IMG/VR virus record: IMGVR_UViG_3300037247_000961
Location: 1 to 64,000 of that record
DNA length: 64,000 nt
Origin: a virus
Reading direction: 5' to 3' (one strand)
Part shown: positions 1 through 8,285 of the stretch, in pieces
How positions within the stretch are numbered: the stretch's first letter is position 1
Layout of the letters: each line of letters opens with the position of its first letter
Notes under the pieces: model-generated
Told to the model about the DNA's origin: nothing
The model's database searches: none
What the model saw: only the letters and a program-made list of their open reading frames with translations
Program-made: the position numbers and the translations under genes

Positions 1-37
1 GATGCTTCTTCCGAGGTATTTTGGTTGGCTTGCCCAT
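1..37 (-). CDS. 5' end of a gene running off the window (MGKPTKIPRKKH...); position suggests terminase small subunit
   Basis: ATG at 37-35 preceded by GGAG RBS and an upstream promoter; product inferred from position only. Confidence 0.35.
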   Translation of the reverse strand, partial: MGKPTKIPRKKH

Positions 38-132
38 GGCACTCCGCCCGTGGTCAACGTCCATGACGCCGAAAGAGCCATCGCGCGGTTGTCGAGCCAT
101 GCTCAGGCGCGCACGCGAGGCTGATGAATATA

Positions 133-161
133 CTGATACCAGAAAATGCATCAGAAGTCAA
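133..161 (-). promoter_or_regulatory. sigma70-like promoter TTGACT-N17-TATCAG
   Basis: Consensus-like -35 with 17-nt spacer in intergenic DNA upstream of the 1..37 gene. Confidence 0.4.
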
Positions 162-273
162 GATGTATCTGCCCAGAGGTTTAAGGAACCTTATGCTCGC
201 GCAGTATGGTTAAGCGTCTGAGGGAGATCGTAAACCGAGCCCAATAACCTTGAAATGGCCCAAGTGGGCGGAA

Positions 274-385
274 GGACATAACTTGAGAGACTTGCGACTT
301 TGGCTTTTCTTGACATTGTACCCTCTAAGTTACTATACTTTCTTATTCTTTCTTTAGAGAGAGAGAGAAGAGATACTTATATACT
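274..385. repeat. Copy 1 of a ~112-bp imperfect direct repeat (copy 2 at 44212-44324); putative origin/cis element
   Basis: Three identical blocks of 36, 27 and 26 bp (274-309, 320-346, 360-385) shared with 44212-44247, 44259-44285, 44299-44324. Confidence 0.95.
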
Positions 386-536
386 GGTTTTATACTGAGC
401 AGTAAAATTATTAAAACGCTAGCAACTCAGAAGGCTCCTATGAAAGCTATGAATGTATCTCCTTGAACAACAAATCTAGCAAAATCAAATACATATTCGG
501 TACAACTTAAAGAAAAGCCAAAGTCGCAAGTCTCTC
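285..536. repeat. Perfect 26-bp inverted repeat (285-310 / 511-536) flanking an AT-rich 200-bp spacer
   Basis: GAGAGACTTGCGACTTTGGCTTTTCT vs AGAAAAGCCAAAGTCGCAAGTCTCTC. Confidence 0.95.
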
Positions 537-569
537 TCAGACTCTCTTTTCTGGGCTTTTCGCCCAATA

Positions 570-812
570 TTACCGGAAACAACCCTGCGAATCGTTACCT
601 TTTGGTAATAAAAAGGATGCGCCTCGCTGTACCGGTGGACGCAGCAAGAGCCATTTTGCCTCACCCAGCTTATGACAACAGACCCGTGCCACAATCACTC
701 CTTGGTCACCAATCAGCCCATCCAACCCCTCAACGCCGTCATCTGCATCGTCATGACACTGATGGCAACACGGCCCATGTATATCTCGGCAACGGATCAT
801 AACGTCTTTCAC
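570..812 (-). CDS. Small Cys/His-rich hypothetical protein
   Basis: ORF with CCHQCH and VCCH motifs, in the minus-strand gene run. Confidence 0.5.
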   Translation of the reverse strand: MKDVMIRCRDIHGPCCHQCHDDADDGVEGLDGLIGDQGVIVARVCCHKLGEAKWLLLRPPVQRGASFLLPKGNDSQGCFR

Positions 813-821
813 CCTCGTTTG

Positions 822-917
822 TTATGCAGCAAAGAACCGGGCCACCTCGAACATAAAGATCCCGCACAGGGCAATAATCATCGCCCACTCGATTGTAGTT
901 GCTCCGCTGTTTCCCAT
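822..917 (-). CDS. 31-aa Flp/Tad pilin-like peptide MGNSGATTIEWAMIIALCGIFMFEVARFFAA
   Basis: Below the ORF-track cutoff; AGGAG RBS; G|ATTIE prepilin motif with Glu at +5 followed by a hydrophobic helix. Confidence 0.6.
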   Translation of the reverse strand: MGNSGATTIEWAMIIALCGIFMFEVARFFAA

Positions 918-965
918 GCTTAAAACTCCTCGGTTTGAATGATAGTGTCCATCTTCGACCCTCGT

Positions 966-1187
966 TTACGTTGTTTTAGCATCGCCCATCCGGTCGCGAA
1001 CCACGCCACGCAAGAATTCGAGGCGCTTTTGATATTCGACCAAGTGCTTTTGCGCCTTTTCGATCTCGCTTTCAGCATTGTCAATTGCGACCTGGACTTC
1101 ATAGATCGCAAACAGGGGATTGCGGACTTCATCTTCGGACAGTTGCTCCCACCACGGCTGGCTCATATATCTATCCAATCCAATCAT
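966..1187 (-). CDS. Coiled-coil hypothetical protein
   Basis: ATGA overlap with upstream gene; heptad-like sequence. Confidence 0.6.
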   Translation of the reverse strand: MIGLDRYMSQPWWEQLSEDEVRNPLFAIYEVQVAIDNAESEIEKAQKHLVEYQKRLEFLRGVVRDRMGDAKTT

Positions 1188-1411
1188 GACTTTATCCTCT
1201 TGAGGGCTTTGTGTCGCCGCACCTGTGCGGTCGATCTATTGTTACGTCTCAATCTGAATTCCACGCGGTTGTAATCGTCAGTGACACGAAACTGCATTTC
1301 GTGGACAAGGCCGCAATCACAGCAACTCATTTTATACCCGTTCATAACGGGGTAGACCCATCTACTCCAACCCTCTGGGTGAATTTCTTCCTCTTGTCTG
1401 ATCCTCGCCAT
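1184..1411 (-). CDS. Small zinc-binding hypothetical protein (CCDCGLVH)
   Basis: ORF with CxxC-H motif; coupled to the next gene. Confidence 0.65.
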   Translation of the reverse strand: MARIRQEEEIHPEGWSRWVYPVMNGYKMSCCDCGLVHEMQFRVTDDYNRVEFRLRRNNRSTAQVRRHKALKRIKS

Positions 1412-1719
1412 GTCAAATTTCCGCTTTGATACATTGTTCCAACTTCCCTACCCGTTCCTGTAGCGCCTGGCAGGCCGACCAAATGGTAAGTACCTTTGAT
1501 GGCAGGCTTGCCGCTACGGGCTCCGCGGTTCTCGATCACATGCCCCGCATAGCGCAGTTGTGTGATGGCGAGCCTGATGATGGGTTGCCGTATTTGCAAG
1601 GCCTTTGATAAAGCGACCACGGTCATTGGCTGCAAGCGCAATTCATCCCGTACACGGAATATGGCATCGGCATCCCTCATTTCAGCGAGGAGCGATGGGT
1701 ATATAAAGGAATTGGTCAT
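1342..1719 (-). CDS. Winged-helix DNA-binding protein
   Basis: MTVVALSKALQIRQPIIRLAITQLRYAGHVIE helix-turn-helix pattern. Confidence 0.55.
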   Translation of the reverse strand: MTNSFIYPSLLAEMRDADAIFRVRDELRLQPMTVVALSKALQIRQPIIRLAITQLRYAGHVIENRGARSGKPAIKGTYHLVGLPGATGTGREVGTMYQSGNLTWRGSDKRKKFTQRVGVDGSTPL

Positions 1720-2135
1720 GACGGCATCCCTATCCTTGCCATACCAGCAGCGTGAACGAAATCAGGGTGCATATCAGCCCTTTCGCATATAACCCTAAAA
1801 TCCCGTCCGGCGCGTTCAAACCACGTGCGTGCATCGTTCCTAATGCGCTCCTTGTTGATATCGACTGTGCCATCCTTCTCCAGAATATTCATGGTAACGT
1901 CATCGTACGCTCTTTTGATGACCTCCAGCCATAGCCGGCGCTCCGACTTGAGTGTTGGTGGCGATTGAGCATCATCGTTATCCAACTCCATGCTCAACTC
2001 ATTTCGTTTCCGGATAAGGCTGGCAATCTCATCCTGGTCACAAGCTGACAGGGGCGGACCGTCGCCGCCTCCTAGTGCTTGGATACGCGCGATCTTTTGA
2101 TCGAGATCAAGCCGCATTGCCTCTTCCCTAATCAT
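1716..2135 (-). CDS. Hypothetical phage protein (ERRLWLEVIKRAYDD...ARTWF...DFRVICERA)
   Basis: ATGA-coupled ORF; C-terminal pattern typical of small phage proteins. Confidence 0.65.
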   Translation of the reverse strand: MIREEAMRLDLDQKIARIQALGGGDGPPLSACDQDEIASLIRKRNELSMELDNDDAQSPPTLKSERRLWLEVIKRAYDDVTMNILEKDGTVDINKERIRNDARTWFERAGRDFRVICERADMHPDFVHAAGMARIGMPS

Positions 2136-2587
2136 GGTCTTCCCTCCGTGTCGAGTCGGTCCTCGCGGATGGCCGCGGCGATATGCCTACAGACTCGTTC
2201 ATCTGATAACGTGTCAAGTGGCTTGGAGTATGTATCGGCTAATGCCATAGTCATGATGCGCTCCGCCAAATCCTCCGGTGTCTCACGCGGCGCAGGTAGC
2301 TTAGACGCATTCCGTGCGATCAGATGCTCACGCTTCGCTCGTTGCATCCATTTTCCCTTTTCCCGGAGCCTATTGATCATCGACGTTGATGGGACAGATG
2401 CTTCACACAAGGCTTGAGCTTCATCCAGGACTGAGGCGATGGAATCGGCCAAGTGGCAAGTTGTCTTGTAACGATAAAGGATTGCACCGGCGTCCCCCAT
2501 CAACCCGCGCACATATTTGTCCGATTGTCCGAACACAGACTCCTCGGCCAAGTTGGCAATGAGCAGGTCTAAATCATCGAGTTTCAT
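2132..2587 (-). CDS. Hypothetical protein
   Basis: GAGGA RBS; ATGA overlap with the next gene. Confidence 0.65.
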   Translation of the reverse strand: MKLDDLDLLIANLAEESVFGQSDKYVRGLMGDAGAILYRYKTTCHLADSIASVLDEAQALCEASVPSTSMINRLREKGKWMQRAKREHLIARNASKLPAPRETPEDLAERIMTMALADTYSKPLDTLSDERVCRHIAAAIREDRLDTEGRP

Positions 2588-2608
2588 GTTGTCCTCTTTC
2601 GTTCACTC

Positions 2609-2829
2609 GGTGGCCGCGGGCCGGATTCGAACCGGCTCTGGGACTTCAGCAGTGAGGCGCAGTCCCGCCGTGTATCAGGCCTCGCCGTGACAGTATGACC
2701 AGACCATCCTATCGTTTGTTGCAAGCGCTGCACCCTTTAAGCCTAGCGCCAACGAATAGGCCAGTAACCCGACAGTAACCCTCGCGACCCTCACACTTCC
2801 GAGCGTGTCCCCACCACGCCGCCGCGTCC
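2609..2829 (-). ncRNA. tRNA-like RNA (~221 nt) with a large structured insert in place of the anticodon arm
   Basis: 5' GGACGCGG pairs with 3' CCGCGGCC-A-CC; D-like hairpin GCGTG/CACGC; perfect T arm GCCGG-TTCGAAT-CCGGC; internal hairpins. Confidence 0.65.
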
Positions 2830-2948
2830 ATAAAATTGCGCCAGTACCTTCATGCTCTCAGGGCCCGTCGGCCCCAACGACCCCTATGTGGGGATCGATC
2901 GATTCGCATGTCCCCGCGCTGACGCGGACCACGGGGAAGGGTTCCACT

Positions 2949-3284
2949 TTATCCGATGGATGCCTCCGACAATTCATCTGACCTATCGCGGATTTCACCT
3001 TCAGGCGTAACCTCGGAGCCATTGACCTCGTCCGCCGGCACCTCGGTAAACTCCGCGTCGATGGTATCCTTGGCCGATGCAGCCTTGGCCTGCGGCTGCC
3101 GATGTATTGACGGGAAGGCCTCCTGGTGCGCCACACGGGGGGCAGCCACAAAGCAAAGCCCTTCGCCGCGGCGGTACAAGTATCCACCCTCAACTTTCAT
3201 GCGGTATGTGGAATGGGTGTAGTCATCGCCCTCGTCCACTTCTTCCCATTTATTCATGATACTTCCCTCTATTTCGAGCATCAT
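2949..3284 (-). CDS. Hypothetical protein with acidic C-terminal tail
   Basis: ORF; TYRMKVEGGYLYR beta-rich motif. Confidence 0.6.
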   Translation of the reverse strand: MMLEIEGSIMNKWEEVDEGDDYTHSTYRMKVEGGYLYRRGEGLCFVAAPRVAHQEAFPSIHRQPQAKAASAKDTIDAEFTEVPADEVNGSEVTPEGEIRDRSDELSEASIG

Positions 3285-3484
3285 CCGGCTGATACAGCGG
3301 CGACAATAATTCCCAACGCGACCGAAATTGGTATTCCTGCGCCTCCGATCATCCAGACCAAGAATGCGGCGGTTTCACCAAATCGATCCTCAACCGCGTT
3401 GTGCAATTTCCAGACGAGGCCCACGTAGCCCATGAACCCGGAAAATCCGAGAAAGGCCATAAGTGCTACTCCCCAATCCATCAT
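3281..3484 (-). CDS. Small membrane protein (2 TM)
   Basis: Two hydrophobic segments. Confidence 0.6.
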   Translation of the reverse strand: MMDWGVALMAFLGFSGFMGYVGLVWKLHNAVEDRFGETAAFLVWMIGGAGIPISVALGIIVAAVSAG

Positions 3485-3575
3485 CTCGCCCTCTATTTCG
3501 GACTCGGCTGCTTCGGCAACGGTGGGTCAAATCTCGGTTCCCAGTTCAATGTCGGCCTCCAAATTCCACGCTTCT

Positions 3576-3604
3576 ATCATAACAAAATTTACGAGCCCCG
3601 TCAA
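3576..3604 (-). promoter_or_regulatory. sigma70-like promoter TTGACG-N17-TATGAT
   Basis: Near-consensus hexamers with 17-nt spacing in an intergenic gap. Confidence 0.65.
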
Positions 3605-3616
3605 GCACAATGCTCG

Positions 3617-3790
3617 TTATCGTTCACGCTTGACCTGATACAGATGACCACCCGACTCCATTCGGTTCCTATAGTCATGGTCTCCCCGTTTACGCCACCG
3701 ACGATCCGCCAAAAGAGCACCGACCCACAGACCTCCAACAAGAGCATAGGCCGCTACAATCCAGGCAATTTGTGCTTCCGTCATAGTCAT
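3617..3790 (-). CDS. Small single-TM protein
   Basis: Hydrophobic N-terminus, basic tail, ATGA overlap. Confidence 0.5.
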   Translation of the reverse strand: MTMTEAQIAWIVAAYALVGGLWVGALLADRRWRKRGDHDYRNRMESGGHLYQVKRER

Positions 3791-4383
3791 AGCCTCAGCC
3801 CCTTCCAACTTTCGTCTCCGTCGATGGTCATTTTGAATAATTGACGCGCTGCCGTATGGTAGATTACTATTCCCTCGGGAGCCATGAACCCTGGTGATGC
3901 CAAAGAGCCGGTATCCTTTAGATCGTAAAGGGTTTTATGGATGGCCTCGGTTTCAAACAGGCCTTCATAGAGGACTGGTACAACATAGCAATGCTTTAGC
4001 TGTTCGTCCTCTGCCCATTGGCTGGTGTTGAAAAGGGAAAACCTCTTTTCCAAACCATACCCACGCTGGATTCCAGATCCCCACCATTCGCCAAAGTGAG
4101 TCCCGTAGCCAAGTTCAAGGACCAATGCTTCCGCATGAGCATGCACCCAACGAGCAAAGCCAAAATTGTCTCCGGCTCCTTTGGGCGTGAGAAATCTCTT
4201 ACGGCTTGCCGCCACTACGGCAAATTCATATATACCGTAGCTAACTATGAGAGCCTCCGCAGGAACCTCCCCCTGGGCATCAAGAATCCAAATACTGGCA
4301 TTGGTCCCATCGATCTTCTCCGTGATAATGCACTCACGCGAAAGACGAGGTATTTTAGGGAATGGTTCAAAAGTAATCATCAT
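3787..4383 (-). CDS. RNA ligase (Rnl2-like nucleotidyltransferase domain)
   Basis: FPKIPRL N-terminus; motif I TEKIDGTN, FGEW, EGIVI, FK motifs; start reassigned to MMITF. Confidence 0.8.
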   Translation of the reverse strand: MMITFEPFPKIPRLSRECIITEKIDGTNASIWILDAQGEVPAEALIVSYGIYEFAVVAASRKRFLTPKGAGDNFGFARWVHAHAEALVLELGYGTHFGEWWGSGIQRGYGLEKRFSLFNTSQWAEDEQLKHCYVVPVLYEGLFETEAIHKTLYDLKDTGSLASPGFMAPEGIVIYHTAARQLFKMTIDGDESWKGLRL

Positions 4384-4559
4384 TGCCTCGTATGCCATTC
4401 GATGGCGTGGCACATAGATACAATACCCCACGCGATCATCAAGTTAGTTGTCAGGGTTTCGGATATGGAGAGCCCTGCCCAAGCGATCAGCGTTATAATG
4501 ATGGCGCAGATGACGGCCAGACTTGCGGCGAACTTGGATGGCGGATAATCCTGCATCAT
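4380..4559 (-). CDS. 59-aa membrane peptide (2 TM)
   Basis: Fills the gap with 4-bp overlaps on both sides; hydrophobic. Confidence 0.5.
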   Translation of the reverse strand: MMQDYPPSKFAASLAVICAIIITLIAWAGLSISETLTTNLMIAWGIVSMCHAIEWHTRQ

Positions 4560-5425
4560 AGAAGCCTGTCCTGAAACCTGTATGCCGTAGTCAAGGCATC
4601 GACGACGGTTGCTGGTAGCACTTTACGATTGGCAATTTGGCCATGGTAAAAGGTTGGTTGTGCATCGACGCCGGCACTATCGATATATCTTTGCATTAGC
4701 GCATGTGCATCATCGAAATGGAGGTGGATGATTTCCTTTCGCTCTACATACCCAGACTGTTTGATAGCGCGCTCTACATTGGAGGTTTCCGGTCCAATAT
4801 CCCACGCTAAGAGCGGCCCAAAATAGATGGCGCTGTTCTTGAAATTGTAAGTGGCCCAACGCTTGAAGACGTTTTGAGCCTTGCCAAACACATACCCATC
4901 TTGGATCAGACTGCCGGGGTAGTCAATCCATGCGGCCATGTAAAGCCACCGCTGGGCCTTAATGGATTTATCGGCCACAAAGAGTCCCCGTCGCCGCTTC
5001 GTGTTTGACCATTCCTCTGTGAAATCGATGCAGCGTGCTCGCCAAATAGGCCAAAGCTTCTTGGCCAAGGCCTCATCGCCTTCGTCCATGGCGTCCTTAT
5101 AGTCTTTTGCCACTAGATTGGTCAAGCCATAAAACAATTCGCGACGGCGGCGCCTGTCAAATTCGAAGTACACCTTGCCAAAATTGTTACGCCTAATATC
5201 TGTGACTAGTTCATTGAACAGTCCTTCCCAGTGTCTGCAAAACAGGCACCGAGGATTGTGTTTATGATTCGTCCCAAACATTGCAAGCGGCAACCAACGA
5301 TGGCACGCCGGATAGTTAGGGTCATGGCTTGTGCATTCCTTGCGCGTGTCGTTGAGCGGCAATGTCTCCGGATCTATAAGGCGGTCCATGTTAATCTGTT
5401 GCATATCCATTACAATCGCTCCCAT
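4556..5425 (-). CDS. Hypothetical protein with N-terminal Cys cluster (C..C..CLFC)
   Basis: 289-aa ORF; no family recognised. Confidence 0.7.
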   Translation of the reverse strand: MGAIVMDMQQINMDRLIDPETLPLNDTRKECTSHDPNYPACHRWLPLAMFGTNHKHNPRCLFCRHWEGLFNELVTDIRRNNFGKVYFEFDRRRRRELFYGLTNLVAKDYKDAMDEGDEALAKKLWPIWRARCIDFTEEWSNTKRRRGLFVADKSIKAQRWLYMAAWIDYPGSLIQDGYVFGKAQNVFKRWATYNFKNSAIYFGPLLAWDIGPETSNVERAIKQSGYVERKEIIHLHFDDAHALMQRYIDSAGVDAQPTFYHGQIANRKVLPATVVDALTTAYRFQDRLL

Positions 5426-5608
5426 TGCTCACGTTAGTTTTAATCTTTGTAGAAGCCCGGTCTTGCAGCGTGGTCCGTGACAGGGATCACTTGGGGCAAT
5501 TTACCTGTGCTCCAAGTCAAACCTTTGTCCCCGGCCTTTTTGCAGCCACGCAATAGGCACCGCCGCAGATAACAACGTCCACCTTCACTATGTATGCAAG
5601 GTATTGGC

Positions 5609-5944
5609 TCAGTCATTGTCAAAGACCCCCAGATCCGTGATCTCGGTAATGATGTATGAACAATCCCTGCCCCACCACGTGATTTGGATCGGCGGCGCGC
5701 TACAGTCTGCATCCTCGTCGAGCACGGTCAACTGATCCACGATCCACTCTGGGCAACCGATACCAGCCGCCAGCAGACACTTTTGCAGCCACAACTCAAC
5801 AGCGGCTTGTCCTTGCTTGATGATCGTGTGATTGTTATCACTACCATCGTGCCAATGACAAAGGTAATAGTTCATCAGGTATGCGCGCCCTTGTTCGGTC
5901 AGTTCAAATGTATCTTGCTCCCTGGGGTTAGCTGGATTGGTCAT
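5609..5944 (-). CDS. Hypothetical protein
   Basis: GGAGG RBS; ATGA overlap. Confidence 0.6.
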   Translation of the reverse strand: MTNPANPREQDTFELTEQGRAYLMNYYLCHWHDGSDNNHTIIKQGQAAVELWLQKCLLAAGIGCPEWIVDQLTVLDEDADCSAPPIQITWWGRDCSYIITEITDLGVFDND

Positions 5945-6510
5945 GGTGCCCCTCCCTGAGCCCTCTTAAGGACGGTGCGGATTTTTGCTAACATGATTTG
6001 AAAATCACCGTCTGGACCTTGAGCGTTTACCCAGATTACAGGACGGCCTTCTGGCGTTATCTTTTCTTCACTACCCTCCTGAAAACCCAAAATATCTTCG
6101 GCATGTTCAAGCACCTCCACCAATTCCTTGTTGATGGCCTCGGCGACTCGGGCACGCCGGAGAAGTTGTACTGTTTTCGAAAGTTCATCACGCCAGCCTG
6201 GGATAAATTCGTCCAATTCTTCTGTGCCAAATCCGCCACGACAATTCTTCTTCTCAAGATCGACCAATGCAGGCTGCGGACCATATTTCTTGCAGTACAT
6301 GTCATAGGCGCGTAGGTGCATCGACCACGGAATACCCGCGCTATAACCTTGCACAGGAGCATGTTTGTCGACCTCAAGCTCCAACACTCGCTCCCACAGC
6401 GCTTCGACGACGGCGATGAGCCGGTCAATATCTATAATGGAAAGTTGGCCATCGAATAGCTTCCGGTGTGCTTCGATCTCTTCTAACAAGTCGATATTGG
6501 TGGCGGTCAT
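5941..6510 (-). CDS. Ead/Ea22-like modular accessory protein
   Basis: VEALWERV...INKELV scaffold shared with 6507..6929; internal RGGFG domain. Confidence 0.55.
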   Translation of the reverse strand: MTATNIDLLEEIEAHRKLFDGQLSIIDIDRLIAVVEALWERVLELEVDKHAPVQGYSAGIPWSMHLRAYDMYCKKYGPQPALVDLEKKNCRGGFGTEELDEFIPGWRDELSKTVQLLRRARVAEAINKELVEVLEHAEDILGFQEGSEEKITPEGRPVIWVNAQGPDGDFQIMLAKIRTVLKRAQGGAP

Positions 6511-6929
6511 GACGGCTCTCCATATTTGGCTAGAACGGCACGGAGCATACCAGCCCCAACCATATCAGATCTGCCAGCCGGCGTATCTTCATAATATTCG
6601 ATAGTTTTTAATGCTACTTTCGCCGCCCACACCAACTCTTTGTTGAGGGTATTGGCTCCGTCCAAGGCATAGTCATACATCGCAACCGGCGTGTGCCCAT
6701 TATAACCACTGTGCTGTTTCACGTAATCCCCACACATGCATGTAGACTTAGCATGGCATTGCTCGACTTCTAGCCGGGCCGTTTCCACCCGCTCCCGCAG
6801 CGCCTCGATGGCAGTGATGGCCTCCTTGAGAAGATCATGGTTGTGGCCGACCTTCTCCCATTGTCGCCAATCGTTCAATCGCCCTATTAGATAGGGCAAT
6901 GCGTTCAATGCTTCTTGCGCGTTTTCCAT
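6507..6929 (-). CDS. Ead/Ea22-like modular accessory protein with Cys/His insert (CMCG..H...H)
   Basis: AGGAGG RBS before MENAQ; IEALRERV...LNKELV scaffold. Confidence 0.55.
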   Translation of the reverse strand: MENAQEALNALPYLIGRLNDWRQWEKVGHNHDLLKEAITAIEALRERVETARLEVEQCHAKSTCMCGDYVKQHSGYNGHTPVAMYDYALDGANTLNKELVWAAKVALKTIEYYEDTPAGRSDMVGAGMLRAVLAKYGEPS

Positions 6930-7113
6930 GTTAAACAATTCCTCCTTTATGTCGCCGGCCAAAATACGTCTCCGGTCTTGTTCTCTTGATCGCCAGGGCA
7001 ACCACATTTCATGCAATACACGGCCGTCTGGCTCTCGTTATGAGCCTGCGAATCGATCTCTGCGCGCCATTTATGATCGCAGTTATACCAATCATGCATT
7101 CATTCATTCCCTC

Positions 7114-7287
7114 CTAGTCGAGCATCCCCATTGAGGGGAAATCGTGCCCTTGATGCAGCTCGCAGCTCCATTTCACGAAATAAGCCCCATGCGATTCATG
7201 GTATGGCTGTTCCTCTGGGCACTTGCACCCCAATTCCTTAGCCCGAGGGGCCCCGGGACGGATCGCGTTCCACTCTTCATCGGTCAT
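7114..7287 (-). CDS. 57-aa zinc-binding peptide (GCKCP...CELH)
   Basis: Translated by hand; ATGA overlap with upstream gene. Confidence 0.55.
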   Translation of the reverse strand: MTDEEWNAIRPGAPRAKELGCKCPEEQPYHESHGAYFVKWSCELHQGHDFPSMGMLD

Positions 7288-7464
7288 GGCTTGCCTTGTT
7301 TTACGAGCGCATAAGCTAAATAGGCTGGGTAGCCGCCCTCTATCATCATCACCATTTCGTCCACTTCCTCTTGCGTGGCCGTGTCGGCTTCCGCGAGCAG
7401 TGTTTTGAAATGGTAAGAAATACTGCCGTCAGGATTGTAAAATGTGAATTCGGCATAATCAGAT

Positions 7465-7899
7465 TCACTCATCGCTCACCTCCTGGCGGGCCTTGAGGGC
7501 GAGGCGGAACGAATCGATCCGCTTAAGATGTTTGGCGCAATCGTCCATCCATGATTGGTTGTGGCCCTTCATTATCTCGATTCCACGCTCGGCATCGCCC
7601 AGCTTCCTTCGTAAATCCTCGATTTCCTTTGCGGCCTTCTCCATCATCTCCGCGTTACCGCTGGTATCATCCAGGCTTCGCAGGTAAGCGGCCTCTGCAT
7701 GCAGGTATTCCTGCGGTGTCTGGGCGTATGGCAATCCCCGAATTATACAGGTGTTGCAAACATCAGGTAGAGTATCTTCAACATCCAATTCCTCGCCACA
7801 ATGACGACAATAATCTATTGGTTCTGGCTCCGGTCTTCCTTCAATCGCGGCAAGTCGTGATTGCCAGTGATTGTCTTTTGGCTTGTAGCTAGCCATCAC
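7465..7899 (-). CDS. Zinc-ribbon plus coiled-coil hypothetical protein
   Basis: CRHC...CNTC followed by a heptad region. Confidence 0.6.
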   Translation of the reverse strand: MMASYKPKDNHWQSRLAAIEGRPEPEPIDYCRHCGEELDVEDTLPDVCNTCIIRGLPYAQTPQEYLHAEAAYLRSLDDTSGNAEMMEKAAKEIEDLRRKLGDAERGIEIMKGHNQSWMDDCAKHLKRIDSFRLALKARQEVSDE

Positions 7900-8126
7900 A
7901 CCAATCTCCCAGGGCTTCCCGCTAGGCCGCAGTAACCGCGCTCAGGATTGCCCGTATCAACGGCGCGGGTCGCCATTTCGCCCAAGCGCCTCGACCTGCC
8001 CTTGCACGCGACACAAAGTTTCCACGTCAACATCGTTGACCTGTCCGGCTTTGATGTCCTGGATGACACCCTCAAGGTTGTCATATGGATCATCCGGATC
8101 GTCTGTTACGGTGTGTTTCTCTCCGG

Positions 8127-8285
8127 TCATGACGGCTCCCCCGCGAACCTAATGTAAATCTCGCTATCCCGCGTTCACTCGTGCGGTCATTCGTGGCCGT
8201 CCAGCAACATGCAAGTCTGGTCGCGCCCATCTTCGGTGCAGGGGCCGTCTTCCCAGCAATGCACGATGCGCTTTTTCTCGTTCAT
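8127..8285 (-). pseudogene. Small CxLxxGHxGxH-type gene interrupted by two in-frame TGA codons
   Basis: MNEKK...CMLLDGHE*PHE*TRDSEIYIRFAGEPS*; linker-bounded on both sides. Confidence 0.65.

Noticed and set aside
2609-2829. Calling the element tmRNA, tRNA-Sec or an intron-containing tRNA
   Set aside because: No G3:U70 or encoded CCA, the tag-like frame lies in a hairpin, no UCA anticodon arm is evident, and no group I core was recognised.
8127-8285. Genome-wide TGA recoding (Trp/Gly/Sec)
   Set aside because: TGA is used as a normal stop in many ATGA overlaps, and the long conserved genes are uninterrupted in the standard code.
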